DNA from: an uncultured Gemmatimonadales bacterium
Lineage (GTDB): Bacteria; Gemmatimonadota; Gemmatimonadetes; Gemmatimonadales; GWC2-71-9
Direction: 5' to 3'
Length of the DNA: 64,000 nucleotides
Assembly (NCBI GenBank): GCA_963728915.1
Contig: CAVSLV010000002.1
Coordinates: forward strand, 96,001 to 160,000
The position numbers and the translations under genes were made by a program. The notes below the pieces were generated by a model that was not told the origin of the DNA, searched no databases, and worked only from the letters and a program-made list of their open reading frames with translations. How positions within the stretch are numbered: the stretch's first letter is position 1; each line of letters begins with the position of its first letter. This document shows, piece by piece, positions 51,513 to 60,861 of this stretch.

Positions 51513-52212
51513 GGCCACGCCAAGAAGTGACAAGATGGTGGTTGCCCCACCAGATCCCCTTCCCTCCAAAAGCAATTCCCACACAGCTCGGTTCGCCGGC
51601 GGCCCGCCGCGGAGCTGGTCGCCACGGAGTCAAAGCCATTGAGCTCGGCTTCCCACTAAGGCGCCACGGCTCGGGCTCCGTGGGTGTGCTGAACAAAGGG
51701 CGGTCATCCTCGAGCAGCGGCCACCCCAGAAAGGGTTTCCCAGGATCCGGCTTTCCGTCAGGCCGTGGCGCGGTAGCCCGGATCGACCTCGGGCCGGCTT
51801 TTCCAGGTTCCGCAAGGTCCGTCGCCACAACTGGCCCCGAAGACGGCGGGACCGCCCTCAGTCACGAGCGCGTCCTCCGTGAACAGGTGGGCGCGGCCCC
51901 TCGAGGTTCCAGCTGGTCCGTCCTCTATGGAAAACTAGGACTTCTTATAGGCGGACCCGCGGGACGCCGCCGGAACGATGGCCTATATGACGGCGCCCCG
52001 CGGCTGGCGTCCGGAACGTTTTCGAGGCAAGTTCCCCAGGGCCAGCGGGCTTGGGCTCGGCATCGTGCCCTGGGCCGCTGGTGCTCCCGGCTGCCCCATA
52101 ACACGCACTTGTAGCAGCCCGGGGCGTCAGCGCGTCGCAGCCGCGCGGGGTCTTGTTCGCTGCTCGGATCGCGCGGCTGCGCCGCACGCCCCGGCAGCTA
52201 AAGTGCAGATCG
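51507..52212. other. Cassette 2: ORF-less cassette, candidate structured ncRNA/regulatory element
   Basis: Bounded by attC1 and attC2; homologous to cassette 3 with conserved stems but no conserved reading frame. Confidence 0.7.
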
Positions 52213-52218
52213 TTATGT
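52096..52218 (+). other. attC site 2
   Basis: CCATAAC-ACGCACTTGTAGC ... GCTAAAGTGCAGATC-GTTATGT, 123 bp. Confidence 0.9.
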
Positions 52219-52916
52219 GGCCACGCCAAGAAATGAAAAGATGGGGTTTGCCCTACCAGTTCCCCTTCCCCTCAACTGCAATTCCACCTGAGGCTTGATC
52301 GCCGGCGTCCCGCCGCCAAGATCGTCTCCACGAGGTCAAAGCCACATAGCCTCCTGTACGGTCCAGGGCGCCACGGCCAGAGTTCCGCGGGTGTCCCCAG
52401 CCGAGAACCCGGTTCTTGGTAACAGCGAATTCCCGTTTTCGTGGTTTCCCAGGATCCGGCCCTCCAGGAGGCCGTGGCGCCGTGCCCCTGCCCGGTGCGG
52501 TGCCGGACCCTGTCCCCATCGGTCATCTGCGCTGGTTCCGGCCACGAAGACGGCGGTCCGCCCGGTCCCCGAGCGCGCCCTCCGTTCACCCGGTAGGAGC
52601 GGCCCCTCAGGTTTCCAGCTCATCCGTCCCCCATGAAATCCTAGAACTTCTTATAGTCCGGGCCGCGGGGCCGCAGCCGAATCGATGGCTCAGATGGCTG
52701 CGCCCCGCGGCTGGCGCCCCGATCGTTCCCGCAGTATGGTTTCCCGTTGGAACGGGCCTCGAGAGGTATCCTGCTCTGGGCCGCTGGGTTCCCGGCTGCC
52801 CCATAACACGCATTTGTAGCTGCCGGGGGCGTGAGCGCGCCGCAGCCGCGCCGTTTTGTCTCAGCTGCTGGATGGCGCGGCTGCGCCGCACGCCCCCGCA
52901 GCTAAAATGCAGCTCG
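52213..52916. other. Cassette 3: ORF-less cassette, diverged paralogue of cassette 2
   Basis: Same start GTTATGTGGCCACGCCAAGAA, shared 18-mer GGTTTCCCAGGATCCGGC, same end CCCGGCTGCCCCATAAC. Confidence 0.7.
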
Positions 52917-52922
52917 TTATGT
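52801..52922 (+). other. attC site 3
   Basis: CCATAAC-ACGCATTTGTAGC ... GCTAAAATGCAGCTC-GTTATGT, 122 bp. Confidence 0.9.
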
Positions 52923-53288
52923 CGCCTGCGGCCACGGCATAGATCAAGTCCTTGCAAAGCACTGAAGGGGCAGCTCTTCCGGACACCTAGGTGACTCTTG
53001 CGGGTCATGAGTCAAATGGCGCGCTGAAAGCACCTCAGACTATAAGATCTTATAGTCCAGCCGGTTTCTCCGAACACCACCAATTCTTGCGAGCCTTCAA
53101 GCTCCAGGGTAGCTTCTCGGCGTCGATGAATCCGACGAGTCATAGTTCGCGCTGAAAGCCGTGTGCGCGTTAACGACACAGTATGCTGGTATCGATCACT
53201 CGGTAACTGATGCTCGGAGTCGAGGCGTTGCGTGCCCATTGCTATCCTGGTTACGGCGGGGTTGCACCTTCGAGATAGGAGGATCCTC

Positions 53289-54323
53289 ATGAGGCCCATG
53301 CTCTGGTCGGAACGATCTGTCGCGCTGGTGCTTATGGCAAGCTCGATGCTCACCGCTTGCAGAGTTGGTGACGCCATTTCTCCCAGCGGCGATTCAGCCG
53401 CGTCAGGCGCCGTGGCTTCTCTTTCGGGGCCCTCGGTCCGACGAACGGACCTAGGTTCACTTGGTGCCGGCACTTACAGCAATGCCTTCGGCGTCAACGC
53501 GCTCGGACACGTAGTTGGCGCGAGCATTACGAATGGTGGGGATTTTCACGGGTTCTTGTGGCGCAAAACCCCAATGATCGACTTGGGCACCCTCGGTGGC
53601 TCTTTTAGCTATGCCGAGGGAATTGATTTGCTGGACCGAGTCGTCGGGATTAGCACTACATTGAGCGGGACGAATCACGCTTTCATGTGGCAGCGTGGAG
53701 CAATGGTCGATCTCGACCCCACAGGTGCGTTCAGCGACGCCCACGCCATCAACTCACTTGGGCAGATCGTTGGGCTGGCCCAAAACCAAGTGACGGGGTT
53801 CCAGTCGCACGCTGTCCTTTGGAATCGCGGAAGCCTGATCGACCTTGGAACCCTGGGCGGTACCCGGAGCGAAGCCTTTGCCTTGGATCTCCTTGGACAG
53901 ATCGTGGGAAGTAGCGAAACAACCGGAGCCGAGACTCATGCTTTTCTGTGGCGAAGGGGCACCATGATCGACCTGGGAACTCTTGGGGGGAATGAAAGTG
54001 TAGCTACTGGAATTAGCGATCTCGGCCTCGTCGTTGGCTACAGCACGACAAACTCTGGTGACATTCACGGCTTTTCGTGGTGGCATGGCCGCATGTATGA
54101 TCTCGGTACCCTTGGAGGAAGCTTCAGCTATGCTCACGGAATCAATGCGGTCGGTCAGATCGTCGGCGAGAGCCTGGCGGGCGACGGCGTGCATGCGGTG
54201 GTTTGGCGCAATGGTGCGGTAGCTGATTTTGGTTTCGGCCAAGGAAACGCAATCTCGCCTCTTGGAGCGGTTGCGGGCTTTAGCTCGACCACCGGACAAG
54301 CAGCATTGTGGACGATCAGATAA
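53289..54323 (+). CDS. Cassette 4: HAF-repeat extracellular lipoprotein
   Basis: LTAC lipobox; repeated HAFLW..G.MIDLGTLGG..S.A..I...GQIVG; visibly more AT-rich than host genes. Confidence 0.9.
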   Translation: MRPMLWSERSVALVLMASSMLTACRVGDAISPSGDSAASGAVASLSGPSVRRTDLGSLGAGTYSNAFGVNALGHVVGASITNGGDFHGFLWRKTPMIDLGTLGGSFSYAEGIDLLDRVVGISTTLSGTNHAFMWQRGAMVDLDPTGAFSDAHAINSLGQIVGLAQNQVTGFQSHAVLWNRGSLIDLGTLGGTRSEAFALDLLGQIVGSSETTGAETHAFLWRRGTMIDLGTLGGNESVATGISDLGLVVGYSTTNSGDIHGFSWWHGRMYDLGTLGGSFSYAHGINAVGQIVGESLAGDGVHAVVWRNGAVADFGFGQGNAISPLGAVAGFSSTTGQAALWTIR

Positions 54324-54594
54324 ATGCTCATGCGTGGGGCCCTATCCGAACTACTTGCTGCGAGGGTAAGCGCGTCATGAGGGATGGAAATCGGGAGCCC
54401 GTCCGAGAGGTCGGATCCCCAAGTCGCACGTAGCATCCCCTGCCAGACAAACGCAAATCCCACCGTCCGCCGGGATACCGCACGAACGGCTCTTTTCGAC
54501 TGCTCGGGTCATTCCTTTGCTCGCCCTATGCAGCCGCAGGGCTGTCCTCGGGACGGATTTGGCGTGCCCCTTATTTCGAGATTGTGAATCAGCG

Positions 54595-54715
54595 ACATAA
54601 CCCGCGCTTGGAGCCGCCGAGGGCGTGGCGCGGCAGCAGCCGCACTGTATATTGAACCTGCGGGCAGTGCGGCTGCTGCCGCACGCCCTCGCAGCTCAAG
54701 CGCAGGGCGTTAGAC
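54595..54715 (+). other. attC site 4
   Basis: GCGACATAAC complements cassette start GTTATGTCGC; GCGCTTGGAGC / GCTCAAGCGC; ends GTTAGAC. Confidence 0.92.
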
Positions 54716-54735
54716 GCACTGCTAAAGGACGAACC

Positions 54736-55866
54736 ATGCACCCAGCGTTCCTAGTCCGAGTTGGCTGGATCGTTCTGCTCGGTGCAACCACTGCTACTGG
54801 GAAGGGGATTGCCCAGCAACCGACTTCCCACCTTGCATACGACAAAGCCCTCCGCTTTGGCGGTGAACCCCATCGCGGGATCGTTCTCCTGTTGCACGGA
54901 TGTGAGGGACTCGGGGGCACCCTGCCAGGCTGGCAAGCTGCCTGGGTCCGGTACCTGATCGATCGGGGCTTCCTGGTGGTCGTTCCGAACAGCTTTGCCG
55001 ATCCCCGCCCTCAACGTTCCTGCGCCGCGCCGTTTCCGGACAAGGAACAGATTTATGCCGTGCGGTTGCAGCAGACCGCCGACGCCATCGCACGCCTGCG
55101 GCGGGCGTACCCGACCGTAAAGTTGCTGGTCTGGGGACACTCAGAGGGCGCCGGCGTCGCCAATCGGATTGAGGCTCGGGTCGATGGTATCGTCACCACT
55201 GGGTATCAGTGCGGGTACCGCAGTTCCGCGAGAATGTTCTTGTCTCCCCAGACCCCGCTCCTGGTGATCGTGGGCGATCGCGACTCGTATGCCAGCGAAG
55301 CAATCCGGGTCGCCGGGGCCGAGTCCGTCGAAGACGTGTGTCGTCGCCTCCTGACGTCGCCACGGTGGCTGGCGGTGATGGTTCCAGGGATGGGCCACGG
55401 CGCATCCCTGGAGGAGGTACAAGTTGAAGAAGCGCTGCAACGATTTCTGGACTTGGCCGCGCCGCCTCCGGACACCGCTCTTCTGGCAAGCGCGGCGTCC
55501 ACTGCGCAGCGCGTGTTCCCGCAACACCCTCCCAGCGCCATTGACGGGGTCTTCCAGAACGCGCGGAGCAGCAGCGGAGCAGACCAGGATCGATACGTCG
55601 AATCGCTCAAGGAGGGACGATGGCTCTTGACACTCAACGGCCGCCCATACGAACGCTATGGCTACACGGTTGATTTTCCCAAGGCGGGCGACTTCGACAC
55701 CTACGACATGCTGGGGATGCACATTCTGGGGATCTACGAGACCAGCAGCGACGGATTTCGCTGGGCAGCACTCAGGGATCCGGTACGGCAATCCTTGGAG
55801 CGACCCCGCTCGTTCGCCGATACGGGCATTGTGGTCACTCGTTTCCGACGCGTGTCGAGTCCGTAA
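54736..55866 (+). CDS. Cassette 5: secreted dienelactone-hydrolase-like alpha/beta hydrolase with extra C-terminal domain
   Basis: AAGGA RBS, signal peptide, LHGCEG, WGHSEGA, GDRD, GMGHG. Confidence 0.75.
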   Translation: MHPAFLVRVGWIVLLGATTATGKGIAQQPTSHLAYDKALRFGGEPHRGIVLLLHGCEGLGGTLPGWQAAWVRYLIDRGFLVVVPNSFADPRPQRSCAAPFPDKEQIYAVRLQQTADAIARLRRAYPTVKLLVWGHSEGAGVANRIEARVDGIVTTGYQCGYRSSARMFLSPQTPLLVIVGDRDSYASEAIRVAGAESVEDVCRRLLTSPRWLAVMVPGMGHGASLEEVQVEEALQRFLDLAAPPPDTALLASAASTAQRVFPQHPPSAIDGVFQNARSSSGADQDRYVESLKEGRWLLTLNGRPYERYGYTVDFPKAGDFDTYDMLGMHILGIYETSSDGFRWAALRDPVRQSLERPRSFADTGIVVTRFRRVSSP

Positions 55867-55958
55867 ACGTCCCGCTCGATGGACACTTGCGGTCTGACTG
55901 GAAGCACCGCGGGTGGCGAGCTGATGGTAATGACTGGACAAACGCATATTACGTCGGC

Positions 55959-56081
55959 GTCTAACCCGCGCTTGGAGCAGGCGAGGGCGTGGGTGCGTCA
56001 GCAGCCGCACGATATATTGAATCCGCGAGGCGGTGCGGCGGCTGCCGCACGCCCTCGCAGCTCAAGCGCAGAGCGTTAGGC
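55959..56081 (+). other. attC site 5
   Basis: GCGTCTAAC complements cassette start GTTAGACGC; near-copy of attC4; ends GTTAGGC. Confidence 0.92.
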
Positions 56082-56387
56082 GGCCCGAAACCTCGAACGA
56101 TGCGCGCGGCGGGTGTCTACACTGATGGTCACGTGGGCTCCGGCCCGGTTGAGCATTTGGACCAGCATGTCCAAGCTGAATCGGGTCAACTTCCCCCGCT
56201 TCAGATCACTGATGCGCGGCTGAGTCACTCCCATCACCTTGGCGGCCACGGCCTGAGTCCAACGCCGTTTCTTGATCAAGTCCGTTAGAGCAATCATCAA
56301 ATCGGCCCGGAGCTGGAGGTTCTCAGCTTCTTCCGGGGTGAATCCAACGTCCCGGAACACGTTCCCGCTTCCCCGAGTGACCTTCAT
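56076..56387 (-). CDS. Cassette 6: XRE-family HTH antitoxin (HigA-like)
   Basis: GSGNVFRDVG, TQAVAAKVMGVTQPRISDL, FSLDML; stop codon lies in attC5 R'. Confidence 0.9.
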   Translation of the reverse strand: MKVTRGSGNVFRDVGFTPEEAENLQLRADLMIALTDLIKKRRWTQAVAAKVMGVTQPRISDLKRGKLTRFSLDMLVQMLNRAGAHVTISVDTRRAHRSRFRAA

Positions 56388-56746
56388 CGTTGTTCCCGCC
56401 TTTCTCGAGCTCGCAATCGCGTCAATTCCCGGTACCTCGCCCGGCCGGTCTCAAGGTCCAGTGCGCTGGTTTTACCCCGCTTCTTCTCGAAGACATGCAA
56501 GACGTATACAGCTTCCTCAAACCGTGCCACATAGAGCACGCGGTACGGCGCTGGCCCGTGAACCCGAAGCTCGGCGGTACCAGGACCGACCGACGCCATC
56601 GGTTTCCAGTCTGTCGGCTCCTGCCCCAGCTGCAGCCGATAGAGCTCGTAGCCGCCGTCAATCCTCGCCTCTTCGGGCGCCTTGCGCATGGCCGATCGAC
56701 TTGAGCCCAGCCACCGCACGGGCTTCAGCATATCGGAATATGCCAC
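56384..56746 (-). CDS. Cassette 6: RelE/ParE-type toxin (HigB / phage Gp49-like)
   Basis: GYELYRLQLG.EP.DWKPM, YRVLYVARFEEAVYVLHVFEKK; toxin precedes antitoxin with overlapping stop/start. Confidence 0.9.
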   Translation of the reverse strand: MAYSDMLKPVRWLGSSRSAMRKAPEEARIDGGYELYRLQLGQEPTDWKPMASVGPGTAELRVHGPAPYRVLYVARFEEAVYVLHVFEKKRGKTSALDLETGRARYRELTRLRARERREQR

Positions 56747-56794
56747 TACTTGTATACCAGCGCAAGCCGCCTAACCCCCGTTTGCAGCAGCCGG

Positions 56795-58037
56795 GGGATC
56801 CTCCCTCACTTTTGTAGACACTTTCACCTAACTGGGAGGAGGTGTCGATGGCCCGATCCGGTCCGCGGAAGGTCCAGCGTTACAGTCCGGAGTTCAAGCT
56901 GACGGCCGTGCGCTTAAGTCAGCAGCCGGGGATTCAAGTGCGGATGGTCGCCGCGGCGCTCGACATCCATCCGTTCATGCTCTCGAAGTGGCGCAAAGAG
57001 GTGCGGCTCGGCCGGATCCGCGGGCGGGCTCGGACGATCGCGACCTCGCCCGTGCGGGAGATCCGGAAACTGCAGCAGCTGGAGCAGGCGCATGCGCTGT
57101 TGCGGGAGGAGCATGAGCTCCTAAAAAAAGCCATTCGGTTCTGTTCCGTACGAAGGCCGAGCGCTTCGCGTTCATCGAGACCCAGCGCGGGACGGTCGCG
57201 ATGACCCGTCTCTGCGCGCTTTATGGGGTCACTCGGGCTGGCTACTACGCCTGGCGGCGGCGTCCGGCCAGCGCGCGTACGGTGCAGGACCGTCATCTGA
57301 CCCAGCGGCTTCGGAAGCTGTTTGCTGCCCATGGGGAGCGGTACGGGAGTCCGCGGTTGCATCGGGAGCTCCGCCGACAGGGCTGGCGCATCAGCCGACG
57401 GCGAGTGGAGCGCCTCATGCGCCAGGCTGGCTTACGGGCGCGGGTGGTGCAGATCTATCGGGCGAATCCGGGCCTGCACCGATTCTACGAGCAGCATCCG
57501 AATCGCCTGCCGGCGGGCGGCGCCCGGCGACGCAACCAGGTCTGGCTCGGCGATATCACGTATCTCCCTCTCGGGCGCGGCTGGCGATTCCTGGCCGTGG
57601 TGCTCGATCAATACTCCCGCCGCGTGCTGGCGTGGCGGTTGAGCCCGCGACGCGACGCCACCCTGACCCGCGCGGTGCTCAATGCCGCTGCCCGACGACG
57701 GCAGCCCCGACGCGGGCTCATCTTTCACAGTGATCGGGGCAGTGAGTATGCGGCGTCGGCCTTCCGTGACCGCCTGAGGGCGCTGGGCATCCACCAGAGC
57801 TCAGCCCAACGCGGCCCCGAGGACAACGCGCACATGGAGTCGTTCTTTCACTCGCTGAAGGCGGAGGTCGTGCACGGCACCACGAGCGCGACTGAGGCCG
57901 CGCTTCGCCAGTTAGTGGTGCGGTATATTCACTACTACAATCATCGGCGAATGCACTCCGCCTTGCGCTACCGTTCGCCGGTGGAGTTTGAACATCGTGC
58001 AGCATAGAGCGTGTCAACAAAATCGAGGGAAGATCCC
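56795..58037 (+). mobile_element. IS3-family insertion sequence, ~1.24 kb
   Basis: Imperfect terminal IRs GGATCCTCCCTCACTTTTGTAGACAC / GTGTCAACAAAATCGAGGGAAGATCC; CGG (or CCGG) target duplication. Confidence 0.92.
56848..58007 (+). CDS. IS3 transposase OrfA/OrfB, probable -1 programmed frameshift
   Basis: OrfA RYSPEFK HTH; A7G slippery run at 57123-57130; OrfB WLGDITY, FHSDRGSEY, ESFFHSLKAE (DDE). Confidence 0.93.
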
Positions 58038-58197
58038 CGGCCCCTGACGCTTCGGCCGGCGCGGGATACATATCTGACAGGATCGCGCGGCCTCCGCAGG
58101 GGCCCGCAGCTGAAACGCAGCTCGTTAGGCAGCACAACGCAGCGCCATTAAATTGCGTGCACACTCTTGTGACCACAGGAGGATACTCGCCTGAGAA

Positions 58198-59405
58198 ATG
58201 CGCCCCGGAGTCTCCTGGCGAGCGTCCGGCTTGCCGTCTTCGCCCTGCTTGTGTATGTGGCCCGAATCGATGCGCAGGCAACCGGTGGCGCGAGCCCTAT
58301 TTGGACTGGCCGCGACGTGAGCATTCCGCCGAATCCGCAGCTCCCGACGGTCCGCATCGGAATCTGGGATAGCGGGGTTGATACCACCTTGTTCGCTGGA
58401 CAGCTCGCTCGCGACGCGTCGAATCGCCTACTGCTCCGGGGATACGACTCGTTCAAGCGTCGCCAGGACACCCCGATGGCCCTCCTGCCTGCCTCCCTGC
58501 TCGCGCGTCGCGACGAGCTGAACGCCCTACTGCAAGCCTTCGATGACCTGGATAGCGGCGAGGAGAGTCCGGCCGCCAAGAGCCTTACGCATCGTCTCGA
58601 GACGCTTCCCGACAGTCAGCGCACGGTCCTGGAAGAGGATGCCACGAGATGGAGTGGCTATGGCCACGGCACCGCTGTCGCGGATATCGCGCTCACCGGA
58701 CACGGCCGGGCGTCGCTGGTGATCGCTCGCATGGAGTGGTGGCATGGCCGACCGCCGGTACCGTGCTGGACGCGAGAGCTGGCCCATCGGGAAGCCGAGT
58801 CCATCGGTGACCTCCTCGCCTGGCTCGTCGAGAGCGGCGCGCGCGTGGTGAACCTGTCCTGGGGCCGTCACGAATCCAGCTACCGAAGCAACTTGTCCCA
58901 GTGTGCCAGCCATCTTCCCGAGGACGAGCGTCGCGCGCTGGCGCGCTACACGGTGGACACGATTCGTGCGGTATTACGGAGCGGAATGGCCGCGGCGCCC
59001 AAGGTGTTGTTCGTGGGGGCCGCCGGGAACGAAGCCACGACGATGGACCAGAGCAATCCCGCGACGCGGTTTTCCCTGCCGAACTTCATCCTGGTCGGGG
59101 CCGTCAATCGGGCCGGAGCGATCGCCCAGTTCACCAACATCGGTCCGGAAGTCACGCTCTATGCCAATGGTGATCGCATTCCGGCTCGGCTGCCGGGCGG
59201 GGCACAGTCGTATCCATCGGGCACATCAATGGCCGCGCCCCTGGTGAGCAATGCTGCGGCGAAGATGCTTGCGGTCAACCCACGCTTGACGGGCGCCGAG
59301 CTTCGCGCGCTCCTTGAGCAGTCGGCAGATACCAATGCGACGGGACAGAGACTGCTTCACACTGGCCGCGCGGTAGAGGCCGCTCGTAAGTCGCTCTCAC
59401 CCTAA
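58198..59405 (+). CDS. Cassette 7: S8 subtilisin-like serine peptidase (ATG 58198 is out of frame with the main ORF, probable frameshift)
   Basis: IWDSGVD, GHGTAVA, AAGN, SGTSMAAP catalytic motifs. Confidence 0.88.
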
Positions 59406-59431
59406 CGGAATGTGGCGCACGAGTGGGTGCT

Positions 59432-59500
59432 GCCTAACCCGCGCGTGGAGGGGACGAGGGCGTGGGCGCGGCAGCCCTCGCAGCTCAAGCGCAGGGCGTT
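59432..59500 (+). other. attC site 7 (short), with R' split by the IS110 element
   Basis: GTGCTGCCTAAC complements cassette start GTTAGGCAGCAC; ends GCTCAAGCGCAGGGCGTT; remainder AGGC resumes at 60944. Confidence 0.85.
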
Positions 59501-59519
59501 CTATGAGAGCGATTGTCAA

Positions 59520-59870
59520 GGACACACTCGTTCCTCGCTGATGGCGAGGAGGTTTTCTTCCTGGCAATCAGCCCCGATCGTTTGCCGGTCGCAGCGGATG
59601 GGCGCTTGTGGGCCTGCCGGTCAGTCCGGTTCGGCATGCATCACCTCGCTTTTCCTCCCGATCCACACCAGACATCTCACGCGTTGGGATCCCGGGACAG
59701 CAGACCATGGTTCTATCCGAGACTCGGCCTGGGGCCGGCCTGCGGCTTCTTCGGGTCTTGCGAGGGGGCCTACAGTTAGGCGAGTGCCTCGGCGACTGAA
59801 GCCGGGCCGACGACCTGCTTGAGACTGTCCCCCGCAACCGTGCCCGCGATCGGGAGGTGCCGACGAGGGG
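59520..59870 (-). ncRNA. Predicted bridge/seek RNA of the IS1111-type element (ends approximate)
   Basis: Contains target-matching GCAGGTCGT and CGCCTAAC flanking a hairpin, and donor-matching ATAGAAC. Confidence 0.7.
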
Positions 59871-60861
59871 ATGGGCCCCCGCGCCGAGTGACCCGCGCCA
59901 GTTCCTCCCGCATCCCCCGAGCGACCATCGCCCGGTAGAACTCCTGGAGCGGGCCCGGTCGCGCGGTTGCCGCCGTGGCCGCTCCCTTGAACACGTCCTT
60001 CACCACCCGATTGTGATTGGGGTTGAGCCCACGGGTCAGCGGCGCCCGTCGCCGGCGCACCGGCCGCCCCTGCCGCAGCTCGTGCTCGGCGCTCGAGTGG
60101 GTCACCACCGCTAACCCGGCATAGGCCCACAGGTGCCGCTTGGTCCGAAACCGCCACGGCGTCTGCAGCGTGGCCAGCAACAGCGCCACCCGCACCGGCC
60201 CCAGGAAGGGAATGGTCCGGAGCACCGCCCAGGCGGGATCGCGGCGCGCCTCCGCCAGCATCGCCGCCTTGGCCTTCGGCCGCAGCACGAGCAGGAGATC
60301 GAGCTCGCTATATAAGGTCTCGGCCCGGAAGCGGACGCCCCGCTCCGCCAGCTGAGCCAACCAGCCGGCGCGGTGGACCGCCTGGTAAACCTTGGTGCCG
60401 CGGGTCGGGATCGCCCGGGCGCGAAAGAGCGCCTTGAGCCGGAGCATCACCCGGGTCGTGTCTTCGACCAGGTTGCGATAGGCTCGGGTCAGCTCCTGAA
60501 GGGTGGCGCGGTGCGCGCTCCCGTGATAGCCGCCGCGCAGGTCCCCGCGCCACAGCCGGGCCGAGAGCGGATCGGCATCGACCCGATCGCCCTTGTTCCC
60601 CCGGCGTTTTTCCCCGTGGCGATCGCAGACCACCACCCGCTGCACGAGGGGCACCAGCAGATCGTGGAGCCACTGGGCCTGGGTGCCTTCTTCGAATGCC
60701 ACGTGAATCGCGCCGCGCATGCCGCGGAAGAACTCCGTCACCGCCCGGGCTTCCGTGGGCAGGATGGTCCGCGCGATCACCTGGCCGGTCTCGGTGCGGA
60801 CGGAGGCCAGGGTAGTTGCCTGATGGACATCGAGGGCCGCATACTTGGTAGCGCGTGTCAT
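59776..60861 (-). CDS. IS110-family DEDD recombinase/transposase; C-terminus looks aberrant (truncated or frameshifted, reads into the ncRNA)
   Basis: ALDVHQ, FEEG, KGDRVDA RuvC-like DEDD; TIPFLGP, AYAGLAVVTHSS. Confidence 0.88.
   Translation of the reverse strand: MTRATKYAALDVHQATTLASVRTETGQVIARTILPTEARAVTEFFRGMRGAIHVAFEEGTQAQWLHDLLVPLVQRVVVCDRHGEKRRGNKGDRVDADPLSARLWRGDLRGGYHGSAHRATLQELTRAYRNLVEDTTRVMLRLKALFRARAIPTRGTKVYQAVHRAGWLAQLAERGVRFRAETLYSELDLLLVLRPKAKAAMLAEARRDPAWAVLRTIPFLGPVRVALLLATLQTPWRFRTKRHLWAYAGLAVVTHSSAEHELRQGRPVRRRRAPLTRGLNPNHNRVVKDVFKGAATAATARPGPLQEFYRAMVARGMREELARVTRRGGPSPRRHLPIAGTVAGDSLKQVVGPASVAEALA

Larger units (their letters stand above)
56769..58130 (+). other. attC site 6, interrupted by IS3
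   Basis: GCCTAAC..CGTTTGCAGC at 56769 and GCTGAAACG..GTTAGGC ending 58130; removing the IS restores a ~120 bp attC similar to attC1. Confidence 0.88.

Noticed and set aside
51446..52114. 222-aa ORF spanning cassette 2
   Set aside because: Starts and ends inside attC sites, no RBS, low-complexity G/R/P/S composition, and the frame is broken in paralogous cassette 3
51391..59500. Recurrent ~120-bp repeats as a CRISPR array or REP elements
   Set aside because: Spacing is 0.7-2 kb with genes in between, the ends follow RYYYAAC/GTTRRRY-like boxes, and there are no cas genes; they are attC sites
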